A DNA stretch of 64,000 bases, taken from the NCBI GenBank assembly GCA_951406725.2, contig OX597822.1, positions 36,084,001 to 36,148,000 of the forward strand, given 5' to 3'. Source of the DNA: Octopus vulgaris. Taxonomy: Eukaryota. Each line of letters starts with the position of its first letter. The first letter of the stretch is position 1. Below are positions 50,206 to 63,985 of this stretch, piece after piece. Both the position numbers and the translations under genes were made by a program. Under the pieces are notes generated by a model, which saw nothing but the letters and a program-made list of their open reading frames with translations, was not told the origin of the DNA and made no database searches.

Positions 50206-51236
50206 CTACGATGTGATAAATTTAAAAGAATATGAATGCATAATCATTACATTTAACAGAGTGATCTGAACACTAAAGGATGAAATGCAAAATAGTAAAG
50301 GCCAAAGGATAGTCTTCTTTCCTCCCTCCCCCTTCAAGAGATGGAATTAAAAATGGTTAAAGGAACAGACATGGCTGTGTGGTTAAGAAGCTTGCATGGC
50401 AATCAGGTGGTTTCAGGTTAAGTCCCACTGCACAGCATATTAGGCAAGTGTCTTCCACAATACTATAGCCTAAAGCCAACCAATGCCTTGAATTTGAGAG
50501 ATGGAAACTGTGTGGAAACCTACCATGTACACACACACACACACTATGTATATACAGACAGAAAGTGTGAAACATTACAATTTAACTGAACATGATTGAC
50601 ACAAACATTTTATGTGTGTTTGTGTGTGCGTGATTTTTGTCCCCATCCTACCACTGGTATAGGTTTGATAGAAGTCACTAGCCCAAGGTGCCATGCAACG
50701 GGACTGAACTTGAAACCTTGTGGTTCAGAAACAAACTTCACACACAAGCATCTGCAATTTCCATCTACCAAATTCACTTAGAGAACATTGGTCAAACTAC
50801 AGCCATAGTAAAAACACACTTGTGCAATGTGCTCCACATTGAGGCCAAGCATAAACCCACATGGTTTCAAAGCAAATTAAGAAACGACACAACCATGCCT
50901 TCCTCAATATGTATAATGGATTTACAGTCTTCTTGCAAAAGTTTGTAGAGATGGCACTGCAACAACAAAACAAAAAAGTGGTATGTTTCACTTAATTCTC
51001 CTCTCACTCTTTCACTCACTCCTCTCTACTCTCTTTCTGTCTCTCTCTCGCGAACACACACAATACAAGCCCTCAATCACAGATGTCAAAATGAGAAAAG
51101 CTATTTTGTTGATAGGCCCCCTGGCGTGAAAAATATTAAATGAACTCCTACCCTACTTGAAAATAAATGAAGTAAAAGTCTCTTCAACAGGAAGTTGAAA
51201 ATAATTGAGTAGTTCTAATATTTATCACTTGAAAGG

Positions 51237-51635
51237 CTTCGAGCTGGCAGAATCGTTAGCACACCGGGTGAAATGCTTAGTGGTGTTTTGTGTCTTTACG
51301 TTCTGAGTTCAAATTCCGCTGAGGTCGACTTTGCCTTTCATCTTTTCGGGGTCGATAAATTAAGTACCAGTTGCATACTGGTGTTGATCTAATCGAATGC
51401 CCCCACTGCCCCAGAGTAGAAAAGAATATTTATCACTTGCAAGGCATCAAACTGGCAGAATCATTAGCACACTGGGCTAAGCATTTTGCTCATCTTTACA
51501 TTCTGAGTTCAAATTCAATCGAGGTCAACTTTTACCTTTTATCCTTTTGGGGGCCAATAAACCAAGTACCAGTCAAGCACTGGGGTCGATGTAATTGCTG
51601 AAATTACTGACCTTGTGCCAAAATTTGAAACTGAT
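51237..51635 (+). mobile_element. Two tandem family B SINEs
   Basis: Two head-domain-tail units; ATATTTATCAC recurs at the junctions (TSD-like). Confidence 0.8.
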
Positions 51636-52496
51636 ATTTATCACATAGAAAATGAAAAAAAGAAGAAAAAACAAAAAACGGCCCATGAGAAAAAAACTGG
51701 TTTTCTATATAAGGTACAAGCATGGCTGAACGGTTAAAAAGCTCATATTCCATCTCATGTGGTATTGTGTTCAGTCCCACCATGCGACACCTTGGGTAAA
51801 GGTTTTCTACTATAGCTCTAGACCAACCAAAGCCTTGTGAATGAATTTGTTTGAGAGAAACTGTGAAAATAGCATATCTTCACATCACATAATGGTCATA
51901 AAAAAAAACATTATCACCATACAGCTGATGCTGTCTGCTTCCTGTTTTCTATGAAATACATCTGGAAAACAGGTGAGGGCTGGCAACAGGAAGTGCATCC
52001 AGCCATAGAAAATTTGCCATAACAAATTCCACCTGATCCATGCAAGCATGGAAAAATGGTCATTAAAATTAAGATGGTGGTGGTGGTGGTGATGACAACA
52101 ACGACGACGACGAATGAAGGAGCTTCTATGTTGCTACATGACCGGTTAAAAATAGTAGTCAAATCACTCTCAAACTACACCTCATTATTTTAAAATTTTA
52201 GTCACAGCTGCAATACCTTTTTGCTCACAATACTGTAGTGTCCTAGTAATGTAATATAATAAGCTATGAAACTTTGATCAACTGATCTTATCCAAGTAAT
52301 TGGAGGACAAAAACTACTTCACCATGAGTGTTCAAAATCTAAACTCAACGAAGGAAATAACTCCAATAAGGTCAGTTGACTTACATTTCTGGACAATTTG
52401 AGAATGGATCCGATCTTCAAAGTAAACTGCTGACAGCAACAGAGATGTTTTAGTCATATATATATATGTGTGTGTATATACACGCTTTACTATCTC

Positions 52497-55400
52497 TACT
52501 CTTTTACTTGTTTCAGTCATTTGACTGTGGCCATGCTGGAGCACTGCCTTTAGTCGAGCAAATCGACCCCAGGACTTATTCTTTGTAAGCCTAGTACTTA
52601 TTCTATCAGTCTCTTTTGCCAAACCGCTAAGTTACGGGGACGTAAACACACTAGCATTGGTTATCAAGCGATGTTGGGAGGACAAACACAGACACACAAA
52701 CATATATATATACACACACACATATATATACATATATACAACAGGCTTCTTCCAGTTTCCATCTACCAAATCCACTCACAACACTTTGGTTGGCCCAAGA
52801 CTATAGTAGAAGACACTTGCCCCAGGTGCCATGCGGTGGGACTGAACCCGGAATCATATATATATCTATATCCTTATATATATATATATATATCCTTATG
52901 AAGGAAATGACAGAGGACTGAGATATGTGGTGCACTGCTGTACTCAAAAAGACCTGCTCACCACAACAGAATTGGGACCCTAAAACCAAGCTGCCATGTA
53001 AAAAGTACAGGTGCTGGTGCCACATAAAAGGTACTAGTGATGGTGTCACATAGAAAGCACCCAGTACATTCTGTATAGTGGTTGGCATTAGGAAGGGCAT
53101 CCAGCTGTAGAAACCATGCCAAAACAGACAACAGAACATGGTGGGGGCCCTGGCCTTGCCAATTCCTGTCAAGCTGTCAAACCCATGCCAGCATGGAAAA
53201 TGAATGATGATGATGGTGGTGATACTTCCTTAGCAAAGCATATTCTATACAGCAAGTGATTCCGACAACATGGTTTCGAGTTTAGTCCCAATGCACGAAA
53301 CCGTGGGCATGTATTTTGTATTATAGCCCTGGGTCAACGAAAGACTTGTGAATGGATTTGGGAGAAGAAAACTGAAAGAAGCCAGTCTCTTTTTCCCCCT
53401 CCACCGCTGTCTAAACATCAGATGATGATTGCAAATGATCATCATTGTCATACAAGTAAGATTGTTTGCTTCTAGTCTTCCACAAAAACATGCCCAGCTT
53501 CAGGAAAATACTACAGTGCTTGGAAACGGGCAATGGTTGGCAACAAGGACATCTGGCCATAGAAAGTCTATCAAAGCATCCAACAGGTGTCAGCATGGAA
53601 AACAAATGTTAAACAATGATGGTGATGACGACTAAGTTGAAACAAAAATATTTTGTTAGTGAATATGCCAATATAAGTTACGGCAAATTATTGCTTTTAT
53701 TGCAATTTTTTACACAATGTTTTACATAGGAGTGGCTGTGTGGTAAGTAGCTTGCTTACGAACTATATGGTTCCAGGTTCAGTCCCACTGCATGGCACCT
53801 TGGGCAAGTGTCTTCTACTATAGCCTCGAGCCGACCAAAGCCTTGTGAGTAGATTTGGGAGGTGGAAACTGAAAGAAGCCCATCATATGCATGTGTGTGT
53901 GTGTATGTATATGTATATATGTGTGTATATGTTTGTGTATCTGTGTTTGTCCCCCCAACATCACTTGACAACTGAAGCTGGTGTGTTTACATCCCCGTAA
54001 CTTAGCAGTTCAGCAAAAGAGACCGATAGAATAAGTACTAGGCTTACAAAGAATGAGTCCTAGGGTCGATGTGCTCGACTAAAGGCGGTGCTCCAGCATG
54101 GCCACAGTCAAATGACTGAAACAAGTAAAAGAGTAGTCTGTACTCCCATTTTTTTTTTTATTCTTCCACTAACCTACTTCATTTTTGTATCACAGTATAG
54201 TAAATATGTGACGCAAGAGTAACGCCTTGTAATAAAGAAACCAAATAAGCATGAACTAATTCTATATAAGTTATATCAGTATCAATCACATAGTATACAA
54301 TACAAGTATTATTTTGCCTTTTACCTTAGGCTTCACTTAGTCAAAAACAATTTGCTATATTGGTGCCTGTCTGCTCCCAAGCTTGCTAGAAATATCAAGG
54401 TTCAACAAAGATATATATTGCAATTTCATGTGCACATTAGGTGTGGGTGGTCTGTGTGGTTAAAAAACCTTGCTTCATGATCATATGGTTTCAGGTTCAG
54501 TTCCACTGTGTGGAACATTGGGTAAGCGTTTTCTACTATAACTCCAGGCCAGTCAATGCTTTGTAAGTGAATTTGTTAGGTGGAATCTGTGGGGAAGCCA
54601 ATCATAGTGTGTGTGTTTCACCACCACTTGGCAACCGGTGCTGGTTTATTTATGTCCACCTAACTTAGTAGTTTGGCAAAAGAAACAGTGAGAACAAGTA
54701 CCAGACTTGAAAATTAGAACTAGGGTCAATTTGTTTGACTAAAACCTTCATGATTGGGTCCCAGTATGGCCACAGTTCAATGGCTGATACACATAGAGTC
54801 GCAATGTAACTCCAAAATAACAGAAGTTCAGTTCATATTCCACCCTCAGTCCACCACAACATCATCATCATCATTTAACGTCCGCCTTCCATGCTAGCAT
54901 GGGTTGGACGGTTTGACTGAGGACTGGCAAGCCAGAAGGCTGTACTAGGCTCCAATCTGATCTAGCTGAGTTTCTACTGTCAGATGCTCTTCCTAATGCC
55001 AACCACTCTGAGAGTGCCGTGGGTACTTTTACATGCCACTGGCACAAGGGCCAGTCAGGTGGTACTTGCAACAGCTACGCTCGAATGGTGTTTTTTACAT
55101 GCTACCTGCACAGGAGCCAGTCCAGCGGCACTGGCAATGACCTCGCTCAAATGTTGTCTTTCACATGCCAGTAAGGCGACACTGGTAATGATCACACTCG
55201 AATGGTGCTTTTTACATGCCACCGGCACAGGAATCAGTCAGCGGACAACCAAGAATATAAGTAGTTTACTGCTAAAGGCTTAAATAGCTAGTTGAAGGGC
55301 TGGCTTTTCTGTTTTGCCAATAGTAGGTGCAGGAGTGAAAAGAAGCTTGCTTCCCAACCATGTGGTTCTGGGTTCAGTCCCACAGTGTGGCACCTTGGGT

Positions 55401-56145
55401 GTCTTCTACTATAGCCTTGGGCCAACCAAAGCCTTGTGAGTGCATTTGGTAGAAATAAACTAAAAGAAGTCGATTTTGTGGGTGTGTGTGTGTGAGAGTC
55501 TTTGTCCCCCACCACTGCTTAACAACTGGTATTGGTGACTTTACACCTCCATGACTTAGCAGTTCAGCAATAGAAACTGATAGAATAAGTACCAGACTTG
55601 GAAAACGAAGTACTGGGGTCGATCCATTTGACTAAAAATTCTTCAAGACAATGCCCCAGCATGGCCACAGTCTAATGCCTCAAACAAATAAAGGTAAAAA
55701 GGTAAAAGCTAGTACCTCCCAAAACCGCAATACAATTTACTGCCACCCTTAATTAACATAAATGTGGACATTAGTTAAACAGGATATAAACAAAATGAAA
55801 GAAGGAGTGTTTGTATGTGTACAGTATTGTTATTGTATTGGTGGCTTCAGGTGGTGACAGGTCTAGCTATTGTACGTTTACTACATCAATATGCATGAGG
55901 TAAATATCTTTATTTGAATACTGGTGTGTATACAGGTGTATATATACTTGTGGATGACAAAGATGGAGTAATGATACTAAGGAGAAGATTTGGAAGGCCC
56001 TGGCAGAGTGTACAGCAGTAGCACAAATCTGCTGTGTGAGGTGAACAGTGAGGGTTACTTCTGAGTATCTGAAACCCCCAGACACTGAAGATGGGGACCA
56101 CTCATCATTGTACAAGAAAGGTTGGTCATTTCCAGTCTTTCTTCC

Positions 56146-56182
<37 letters not shown>

Positions 56183-56382
56183 TCTTTTACTCGTTTCAGT
56201 CATTTGATTGCGGCCATGCTGGAGCACTGCCTTTATAGTCGAGCAAATTGACCCCAGAGCTTATTCTGTGTAAGCCTAGAACTTATTCTATTGGCCTCTT
56301 TTGCCGAACCGCTAAGTTATGGGAATGTAAACACACCAGCATCGGTTGTCAAGCGATGCTGGGGAGACAAACAGACACACAA

Positions 56383-56413
<31 letters not shown>

Positions 56414-56582
56414 CATACATATACGACAGGCTTCTTCCAGTTTCCGTCTACCAAATCTACTCACAAGGCTTTGGTCGGCCTGAAGCTATAGTAGAAGACA
56501 CTCGCCCAAGGTGCCACGAAGTGGGACTGAACCTGGGACCATGTGGTTGGTAAGCAAGCTACTTACCACACACACACTCCTA
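52497..56582. mobile_element. Dense SINE cluster (A: 52497-52852 -, 53727-54133 +, 54440-54790 +, 55325-55708 +, 56180-56582 -; C: 52920-53215 +, 54860-55240 -)
   Basis: Homology to family consensus in both orientations. Confidence 0.85.
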
Positions 56583-56774
56583 TAAATAGAAAGATATATT
56601 TTTCAATGTGTAAGTACTGGGAGAACACCCTATGTAGGGTAAAATCTTTACAGAGCAGAAAAATCTGTGGTTGCTGACAAATTTTTCTGCTCTGTAAGTT
56701 ATCTTATATTTTATATAATAGATATGCTGTTCTATCAGTACTTACATGTTGAAAAATATATCTTTCTACTTGTA
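56581..56774. repeat. Nested foldback element near (TA)n
   Basis: Outer arms ~56581-56627 and 56728-56774; inner arms TTACAGAGCAGAAAAAT/ATTTTTCTGCTCTGTAA. Confidence 0.65.
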
Positions 56775-56827
56775 CTACAATACATTTCAGTGCTTCAAAA
56801 ACAAACTTATGTTTGTTTATATATGAC

Positions 56828-56893
<66 letters not shown>

Positions 56894-57599
56894 TATATTT
56901 AGCTATGAGAATATATTGATAACAGGAAAACATCCAGCCAGACAAATTCTGCTACAGTAAAATCTAACCCATGCAAACATAGAAAAGTGGACGTTAAACA
57001 AAGATTGCAAACAAACACACAGACACATGTATCAACCTTTTACATGCTGGCATGGGTTGGATGGATCTCAGCATCACGCCATCTGTCTGACGCAGATCTT
57101 AGTCATCTAGTATGCATACTCAAAATAGAGAAAATCTGGCAATCTGAGTGTGTGCAGGAAGTGTATAGTTAAATGAATCAACCTCAGTGTTTCATTTGTG
57201 GTTTTTCTTATGGTTTCTTTTTTCTTTCTCTTTTTTTTTTTTTTGTAACCATGGCAATATACAAACCCAAAATGCTGAGATAAAACTAAATATGAAAGGC
57301 ACGTCAACAGGCCTGCCAACTCATTCATTTATTTTTACGTCTTTTCCCATGCTAGCATGGATTAGATGAATATATTACTGAGACATTGTGTATAGCCAAA
57401 TGCCTTTCCTGTCACTCACCCTTAACTACTTTTCAAATAAGTGACACCTTATTTCATAGGTCTTCCAAGCAAGCGGATGATCTGTTGGCAAAAGTGACAG
57501 CAATGATGCCCATAACACAACTTTCATAGAGCTGTGCATGTGCTTGGGTTTGCATATACCCTTGTCCGGATATCACATGACTATTGTAAATAACAATAA

Positions 57600-57996
57600 A
57601 GGTTCAATACAATCCAACCTTTTCTCTAGAAAAACGACGACGCCATGGTGATCTCATTCTTGCTCACAACATCATACGCGGAAAGTGTAACCTCTCGAAA
57701 GAGCAGTTCTTCACTCCTGCTCCAGAGCATCGGCTGCGAGGTCACTCCGAAAAGCTCTATCTGCAACGATATCATCTCAATCGAAGGAGAGGGGGCTTTC
57801 TCCGTCCGGGTTGCGGATCCGTGGAATAAGCTGCCGGACGAGATAGTGAAGATGCTAACGACCGCTCGATTCAAAGTCTCCCTTGACCAGAAATGGCCTG
57901 AACTCTTTGCATGAACACCACCCTGTACATAACTCCATGTCCCCCAACATGGCCTTGCATTTTGCTTTTTGAGCCAAAAAATTAACTTAACTTAAC
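57600..57996 (+). pseudogene. Second CR1-like family 3' end with (TTAAC)n tail
   Basis: SLEKRRRHGDLI...RGHSEKL...FSVRVADPWNKLP. Confidence 0.85.
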
Positions 57997-58429
57997 CTGA
58001 AGAAACATCTGAACACTTGAAGAATACCTTACAATCTTAGTGTGCTGCAAAAATCGTCTTTACTTACAAACTGCACACATACTGCACAAAGTACTGTCTG
58101 TCTGAGGACCATGTTGTGATATGACAGACAGCGCAAAATCCCTGGTAAACACAATATCTTCAATATACATCACAATACTGGATACTGTGTGATGTCTTCA
58201 ATAATAATAATAATCTTTTCTACTATAAGCACAAAGCCTGAAATATTAAAGAGGGGGCTAGTAATTTGACTGGTACTTATTTTATTGACCCCAGAAGGAG
58301 GAGGACAACGACAATAATTTTGCGGGAAGAGACCCTGTGAGGCCTCTGATAACAGGTTGATGTCCACTCTCACAGAATCAACCAGAGCAAGTAAAACCGA
58401 GAACTCTGAGAAAAAAAAATTAATGCTTT

Positions 58430-59235
58430 CAAATTTTGGCACAAGGCCAGCAATTTCAGAGAAGGAGGTAATTTGATTACACCAACCACAGTACTCAGCT
58501 AGCTAACGGTTCTGCCAGCTCACTACCTTCATAATAATAATAATAATAATAACAACGGTCCTTTTTAGTGGAAGCACAAGGTCTCAAATTTGGGGGGAGG
58601 GGATTAGTCGATTAGACTGACCCCAATACTCAACTGGTACTTAATTTATTGACCCCCCAAAAGGATGAAAGGCGAGGCCGACCACAGCGGAGTTTGAACT
58701 CAAAATATAGCAGCAGACGAAATACTACTAAGCATTTAACCCAGCATGCTAACGATTCTGACAGCTTGCCACTTTAATGATGATGATAATGATGATGATG
58801 ATCCTTTCTTCTTTTGGAGTGGGGGCTAGCTGATTACATCAACCCCAGTGGTCAGCTGGTACTTATTTTATCAACCCCAAAAGGATGAAAGGCAAAGTCA
58901 ACCTTTGGCAGAATTTAAACTCAGAATGTAAAGATGGACAAAATGCTACTAAACATTTGTCCATCATGCAAATGATTCTGCCAGCTCACCACCATAATTA
59001 TAATATTAATTAAGACTCATTAAGGCGATGAGCTGGCAGAATCGTTAGCACACTGGACAAAATGCTTGACGGTATTTCATCCATCTTTATATTCTGGGTT
59101 CAAATGCCACCAGGGTCGACTTTGCCTTTCATCCTTTCAGGGTCAATAAATTAAGTACCAGTTATACACTGGGATCAATATAATCGACTCATCCCCTCCC
59201 CAAAAATTTCAGGTCTTGTGCCTATAGTAGAAATG
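58430..59235. mobile_element. Cluster of family B SINEs (three on -, one on +)
   Basis: Homology to consensus; last two are head-to-head. Confidence 0.8.
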
Positions 59236-60168
59236 ATTAAATAAGACACATTGCAGTACAATGTAAACAGTATTTTCTTCATAAATAAATAAATAGAGAA
59301 AAGAAAAAAGAAAAAAATCTTCACTTGAAAATATGTTAAGTAAATTATCAACTTCTGGTCAAAGACATGACAAGATCTAAAACTGGTTTTAAAGTTGTAT
59401 TTTCTCACACACCTACTATCTAAAACTAAAAGTCTACCCTAGAAAATATCACATGATTTTTGTTTTTCCTATGGAAAAAATTAGAGGAAGGACAGAGAAA
59501 GGGTGATTACGAGTGTAACTTACAACCGAGTGAGTCATTCAATTTAGAATTTGAAGTGATTATAGAGAACACAGTGGAACAAGATGGCACCTATGTAATA
59601 TGAGACTGTGACCTGGTTTTAATACTAGATTCATATTTATATTTTACTTCTTTGTGGCCTAGTCAGAGGAGAGACAGGGTAGTACTCATGACCTTTTTGG
59701 GGGCCTCAAAGATTGGTGGGAATGAGAAAGGATAAAGCTATATACAAACTGGAAACCTGATCAAAATGCTTGTCACAAAACGGATTCTGCTAAAGAGCCT
59801 GGTGTTGGTGGTGTTTGATATTGGGGTGACAGTTTAAGAGCAGGTATGGCTGTGTGGTAATAAAACTTGCTTCCTGACCACATCATTTCAGGTTCAGTCC
59901 TACTCTGTGGCATCTTGGGCAAATGTTTTTTTTACTATAGTTTCAGGCCAACCAAAGTCTTGGATTTGGCAGACAGAGACTGAAAAGAAGAGCGTGAGTG
60001 TGTTTGTTAGTGTCTCCTGCATGATAGTTGTAAATGAGAGTCACCGTCATACAAGCAACATCACCATCAGAAAAACAGTGTCACCGTCAAACAAGTAGCA
60101 TCACTGTTATACAAGCAGTGTCATTCAATCTTCTATTTGACTTGTGCAAGTATGGAAAACAAGACCTT

Positions 60169-60208
<40 letters not shown>

Positions 60209-61539
60209 TAAATCTATCACCAAAGAACACAGTGAGTATGTATGAGCTAACACAACAAGCTAGAAATAACAGGCAATTCTCCCTCAAATAATACTTCAAC
60301 CATCTTTAAAAGAAAGGACACATATAATAAAGCCCTAAAAACAGAAAGATAAGGCTGAAAAGGGAAGAAACAAAAACAACCACAGGTTTGTTTGATCAGG
60401 GTTGACCTAACGTTGAACTATAACACAAAACCAGGTGTGGACAAGGCCACTGAGGGTAGTCATGGACCATGATACACCATCTGTAACAAGATATAAATAA
60501 ACAACCAACTGTTGGCAATCAGTTGACCCACCCACTTACCTGCAGTGTATTAAAAAAGTAAACTGGTGATAAACATTGACCATGTTCATTATGTATCTTT
60601 TACTTGTTTCAGTAATTAGACTGAGGCCAAGCTGGGGCACCACCTTCAAAAAGTTTGGTTGAACAAATTGACTGCCAGTACTTATTTTATCAGTGTCTTT
60701 TTGCTGAACCACTAAGTTATGGGGATGTAAACACACCAACACTGGTTGTTAAGTGGTGGAGGGGAACACACACACATCTATATACAATGGGCTTCTTTCA
60801 GTTTCCATCTACCAAATCCTCTCATAAGGCTTTGGTCAACCTGAGGCTATAGTAGAAGATACTTGCCAAAGGTGCCAGGTCATGTAGCAGAACTGAACCC
60901 AGAACCATGTGGTTGAGAAGCAAACTTCATACCACACAGCCATATGATTATCTAATTATAAATAGAAGAGTCAGAGATGGTGGTATCCTAAATTAAGGAG
61001 TCAGAAAAGTTGAAGATTTAGCATATCAAAGGGTAATTAACATTCAACCCTTTAGCATTCAAATTGGCCAGATCTGGACTCTTACACCTTCCCTACAATG
61101 TCATTCTAAAAATAAGCGGTCACATCACTGAGATCTCAAAGTTTTGAGATAATGCATGATTAATTAAAGACAACCAGGGCCTTTGGCATTATGTCATACT
61201 TGAGAAAACCCATCAAGCCAAGCAAAATCGCAGTTGTGGCAGATACCAGTGTCATGCAAACAGCACATGTGCCAGTGGAACATGAAAGCACCCATTACAT
61301 TCTTGGAGTGGTTGGCATTAGGAAGGGCATCCAGCTGTAGAAAACCATGTCAAATCAGACTGGACTCTGGTGCAGCCTTCCAGCGTACCAGCCCAGTCAA
61401 ACAGTCCATGCCAGCATGGACAACGGACGTTAGATGATGATTATGAAACATCATCATCATCGTTTAACATCCGTTTTCCATGCTAGCATGGGTTGGATGG
61501 ATCAACCGGGGTCTGGGAAGCCAGGAGGCTGCACAACAT

Positions 61540-61940
61540 TATTCTTTTCTACTCTAGGCACAAGGCCTGAAATGTTTGGGGGAGGACACAGTCAATTAGA
61601 TCGACCCCAGTACGCAACTAGTACTTAATTTATCGACCCCAAAAGGATGAAATGCAAAGTCGACCTTGGCGGAATTTGAACTCAGAATGTAAAGATAGAC
61701 AAAATACCTATATCTTTACTACCCACAAGGAGCTAAATATAGAGAGAACAAACAAGGACAGACAAATGGATTAAGTTGATTATATTGACCCCAGTGGGTA
61801 ACTAGTACTTATTTAATTAACCCCGAAAGGATGAAAGGCAAAGTCGACCTCGGCGGAATTTGAACTCAGAACCTAGCGGCAGATGAAATACGCTAAGCAT
61901 TTCGCCTGATGTGCTAACATTTCTGCCAGCTTGCCACCTT
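61540..61940 (-). mobile_element. Dimeric family B SINE
   Basis: Same junction as in 29870-30470. Confidence 0.85.
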
Positions 61941-62459
61941 GTGAACACTAACATTATAGGTTAAGATATGTTTCCAATGAGCCAATCACAGGCTCATTAA
62001 AATCTGGATGGTGTGAGTGACAAGGGAGTGTCTACACAACCTGTACAGAATAAACACCAGAAAGTATTTTTGTTTGAACATACCAGTTTACAGGTTTTAT
62101 AGTCAACCTCTTTCACCAATATACATACATAACAGGTGTGGCTGTGTGGTAAGAAGTTTGTTTCCCAACCACATGGTACCAGGTTCACTTCCACTGCATG
62201 GCAACTTGGACAAGTGCTTTCAACTACAGCCTTGGGCCAACAAGGTTTACTCTGACACATCAACCCCAGTGCACATTTTCAGAGCCCGGCACTTACTCTA
62301 TCAGACTCTGTTGCTGAACTACTGAGTTACAGAGATGTAATCAAACCAACACCAGTTACCAAATGGTGTTGGAGATGAGAGACAAACACAAGAACACACA
62401 TAACAGGCTACCACACAGTTTCCATCTACAAATTCATTCACAAGGTATTAGTTGGTATA

Positions 62460-62695
62460 AGGTGGCGAGCTGGCAGAATCGTTAGCACGCCGGGCGAAAT
62501 GCAAAGCCGCATTTCATCTGCAGTTACGTTCTGAGTTCAATCAAATTCTGCCGAGGTCGACTTTGCCTTTCATCCTTTCGGGGTCGATTAAATAAGTACC
62601 AGTTATGCACTGGGGTCAATATAATCGACTTAATACCTTTGTCTGTCCTTGTTTGTCCCCTCTGTGTTTAGCCCCTTGTGGGTAGTAAAGAAATA
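62460..62695 (+). mobile_element. Young family B SINE with TSD
   Basis: AGGTATTAGTTGGT on both flanks. Confidence 0.85.
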
Positions 62696-62918
62696 GGTAT
62701 TAGTTGGTCCAGCGCTACAGAAGACACTAATCCAAAGTGTTACACAGTGGGGGGTACAACTCAAAACCACATTGTTGTAAAACTAGCTTCTTAATTACAA
62801 AGCTATGTTTTCACAGTATATTGTTAACACTTACTGTTTTCCAGGTAACTCAGGATATAATCCTGTTTGCCAATGTAAGAATTTCTCTTGTGACAACTAC
62901 GCAGCAAAGTTTGTTCAT

Positions 62919-63135
62919 ACTCTCTTTTACTCCTTTACTTGTTTCAGTGATATGACTGTGGCCATGCTGGAGTACCGCCTTTAGTTGAGCAAATCGACCC
63001 CAGGACTTATTCTTTGTAAGCCTAGTACTTATTCTATCGGTCTCTTTTGCCAAACCACTAAGTTATGGGGACCTAAACATCCCAGCATCGGTTGTCAAGC
63101 GATGTTGGGGGGACAAACACAGACACACAAACATG

Positions 63136-63201
<66 letters not shown>

Positions 63202-63388
63202 CATACATACACACACACACATATATACGACAGGCTTCTTTCAGTTTCCGTCTACCAAATCCACTCAAAAGGCTTTGGTCGGCCCGAGGCTATAATAGAA
63301 GACACTTGCCCAAGGTGCCACGCAGTGGGACTGAACCTGGAACAATGTGGTTGGTAAGCAAGCTACTTACCACACAGCCACTCCTACA
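62919..63388 (-). mobile_element. SINE family A inserted into the tandem array
   Basis: Full-length copy; flanks rejoin as an array unit. Confidence 0.9.
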
Positions 63389-63560
63389 TATAGAACATGC
63401 ATGTTTAAGTGGGAATAAATATTTTGAATTGGTTTTAATATTACCTCTGACGCTAATGTATATTTTTTAACAAGCTAACTGGCTAATCGCAACATCAGTG
63501 CCTGTTTTGGTATTGTCAATCTATACATTGCTCGCAGGGAGATGAATCACTGCTGTCACT

Positions 63561-63629
63561 AGCACTGAGTGTCCATCACTGATAAGACCAAACAAGGTCG
63601 AAATCACATGATCTGATGGTCTTAGTGCT
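63561..63629 (+). ncRNA. Type I hammerhead ribozyme, array copy 1 (core CUGAUAA)
   Basis: Stem I AGCACTGAG-tgt-CCATCA / TGATGG-t-CTTAGTGCT; stem II GACC-AAACAA-GGTC; GAAA; stem III ATCA-CA-TGAT; predicted site AUC at 63613. Confidence 0.85.
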
Positions 63630-63916
63630 GGATGTAGTAGGGATTTATTTCTCTGCTAGCGATATAAACAAGCATGAATTTTGCACCCCAAAAAAGCCAA
63701 TGTAAGAGTTTATCTCGTGATAACTACACAGCAAAGTTTGTTCACATAGAACATGCGTGTTTAAGTGGGAATAAATATTACATCTCAGTTTTAATATTAC
63801 CTCCAACACTAATGTATATTTTTTAACAAGCTAACTCGCTAATCACGACACCAGTGCCTGTTTTAGCAGTGTCAGTGTATACATTGCTAGCAGGGAGATG
63901 AATCACTGTTGTCTCT

Positions 63917-63985
63917 AGCACTGAGTGTCCATCACTGATAAGACCAAACAAGGTCGAAATCACATGATCTGATGTTCTTAGTGCT
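63917..63985 (+). ncRNA. Type I hammerhead ribozyme, array copy 2 (core CUGAUAA)
   Basis: Identical to copy 1 except one stem I change; predicted site at 63969. Confidence 0.85.

Noticed and set aside
52385-52429. Possible - strand micro-exon with gtaagt donor
   Set aside because: The frame needed to join the 46208 exon contains a stop codon
56605-56650. HHR-like CTGGGAGA..ACCCTA/TAGGGT..AAAA in the foldback arm
   Set aside because: Core too mutated and stem III missing
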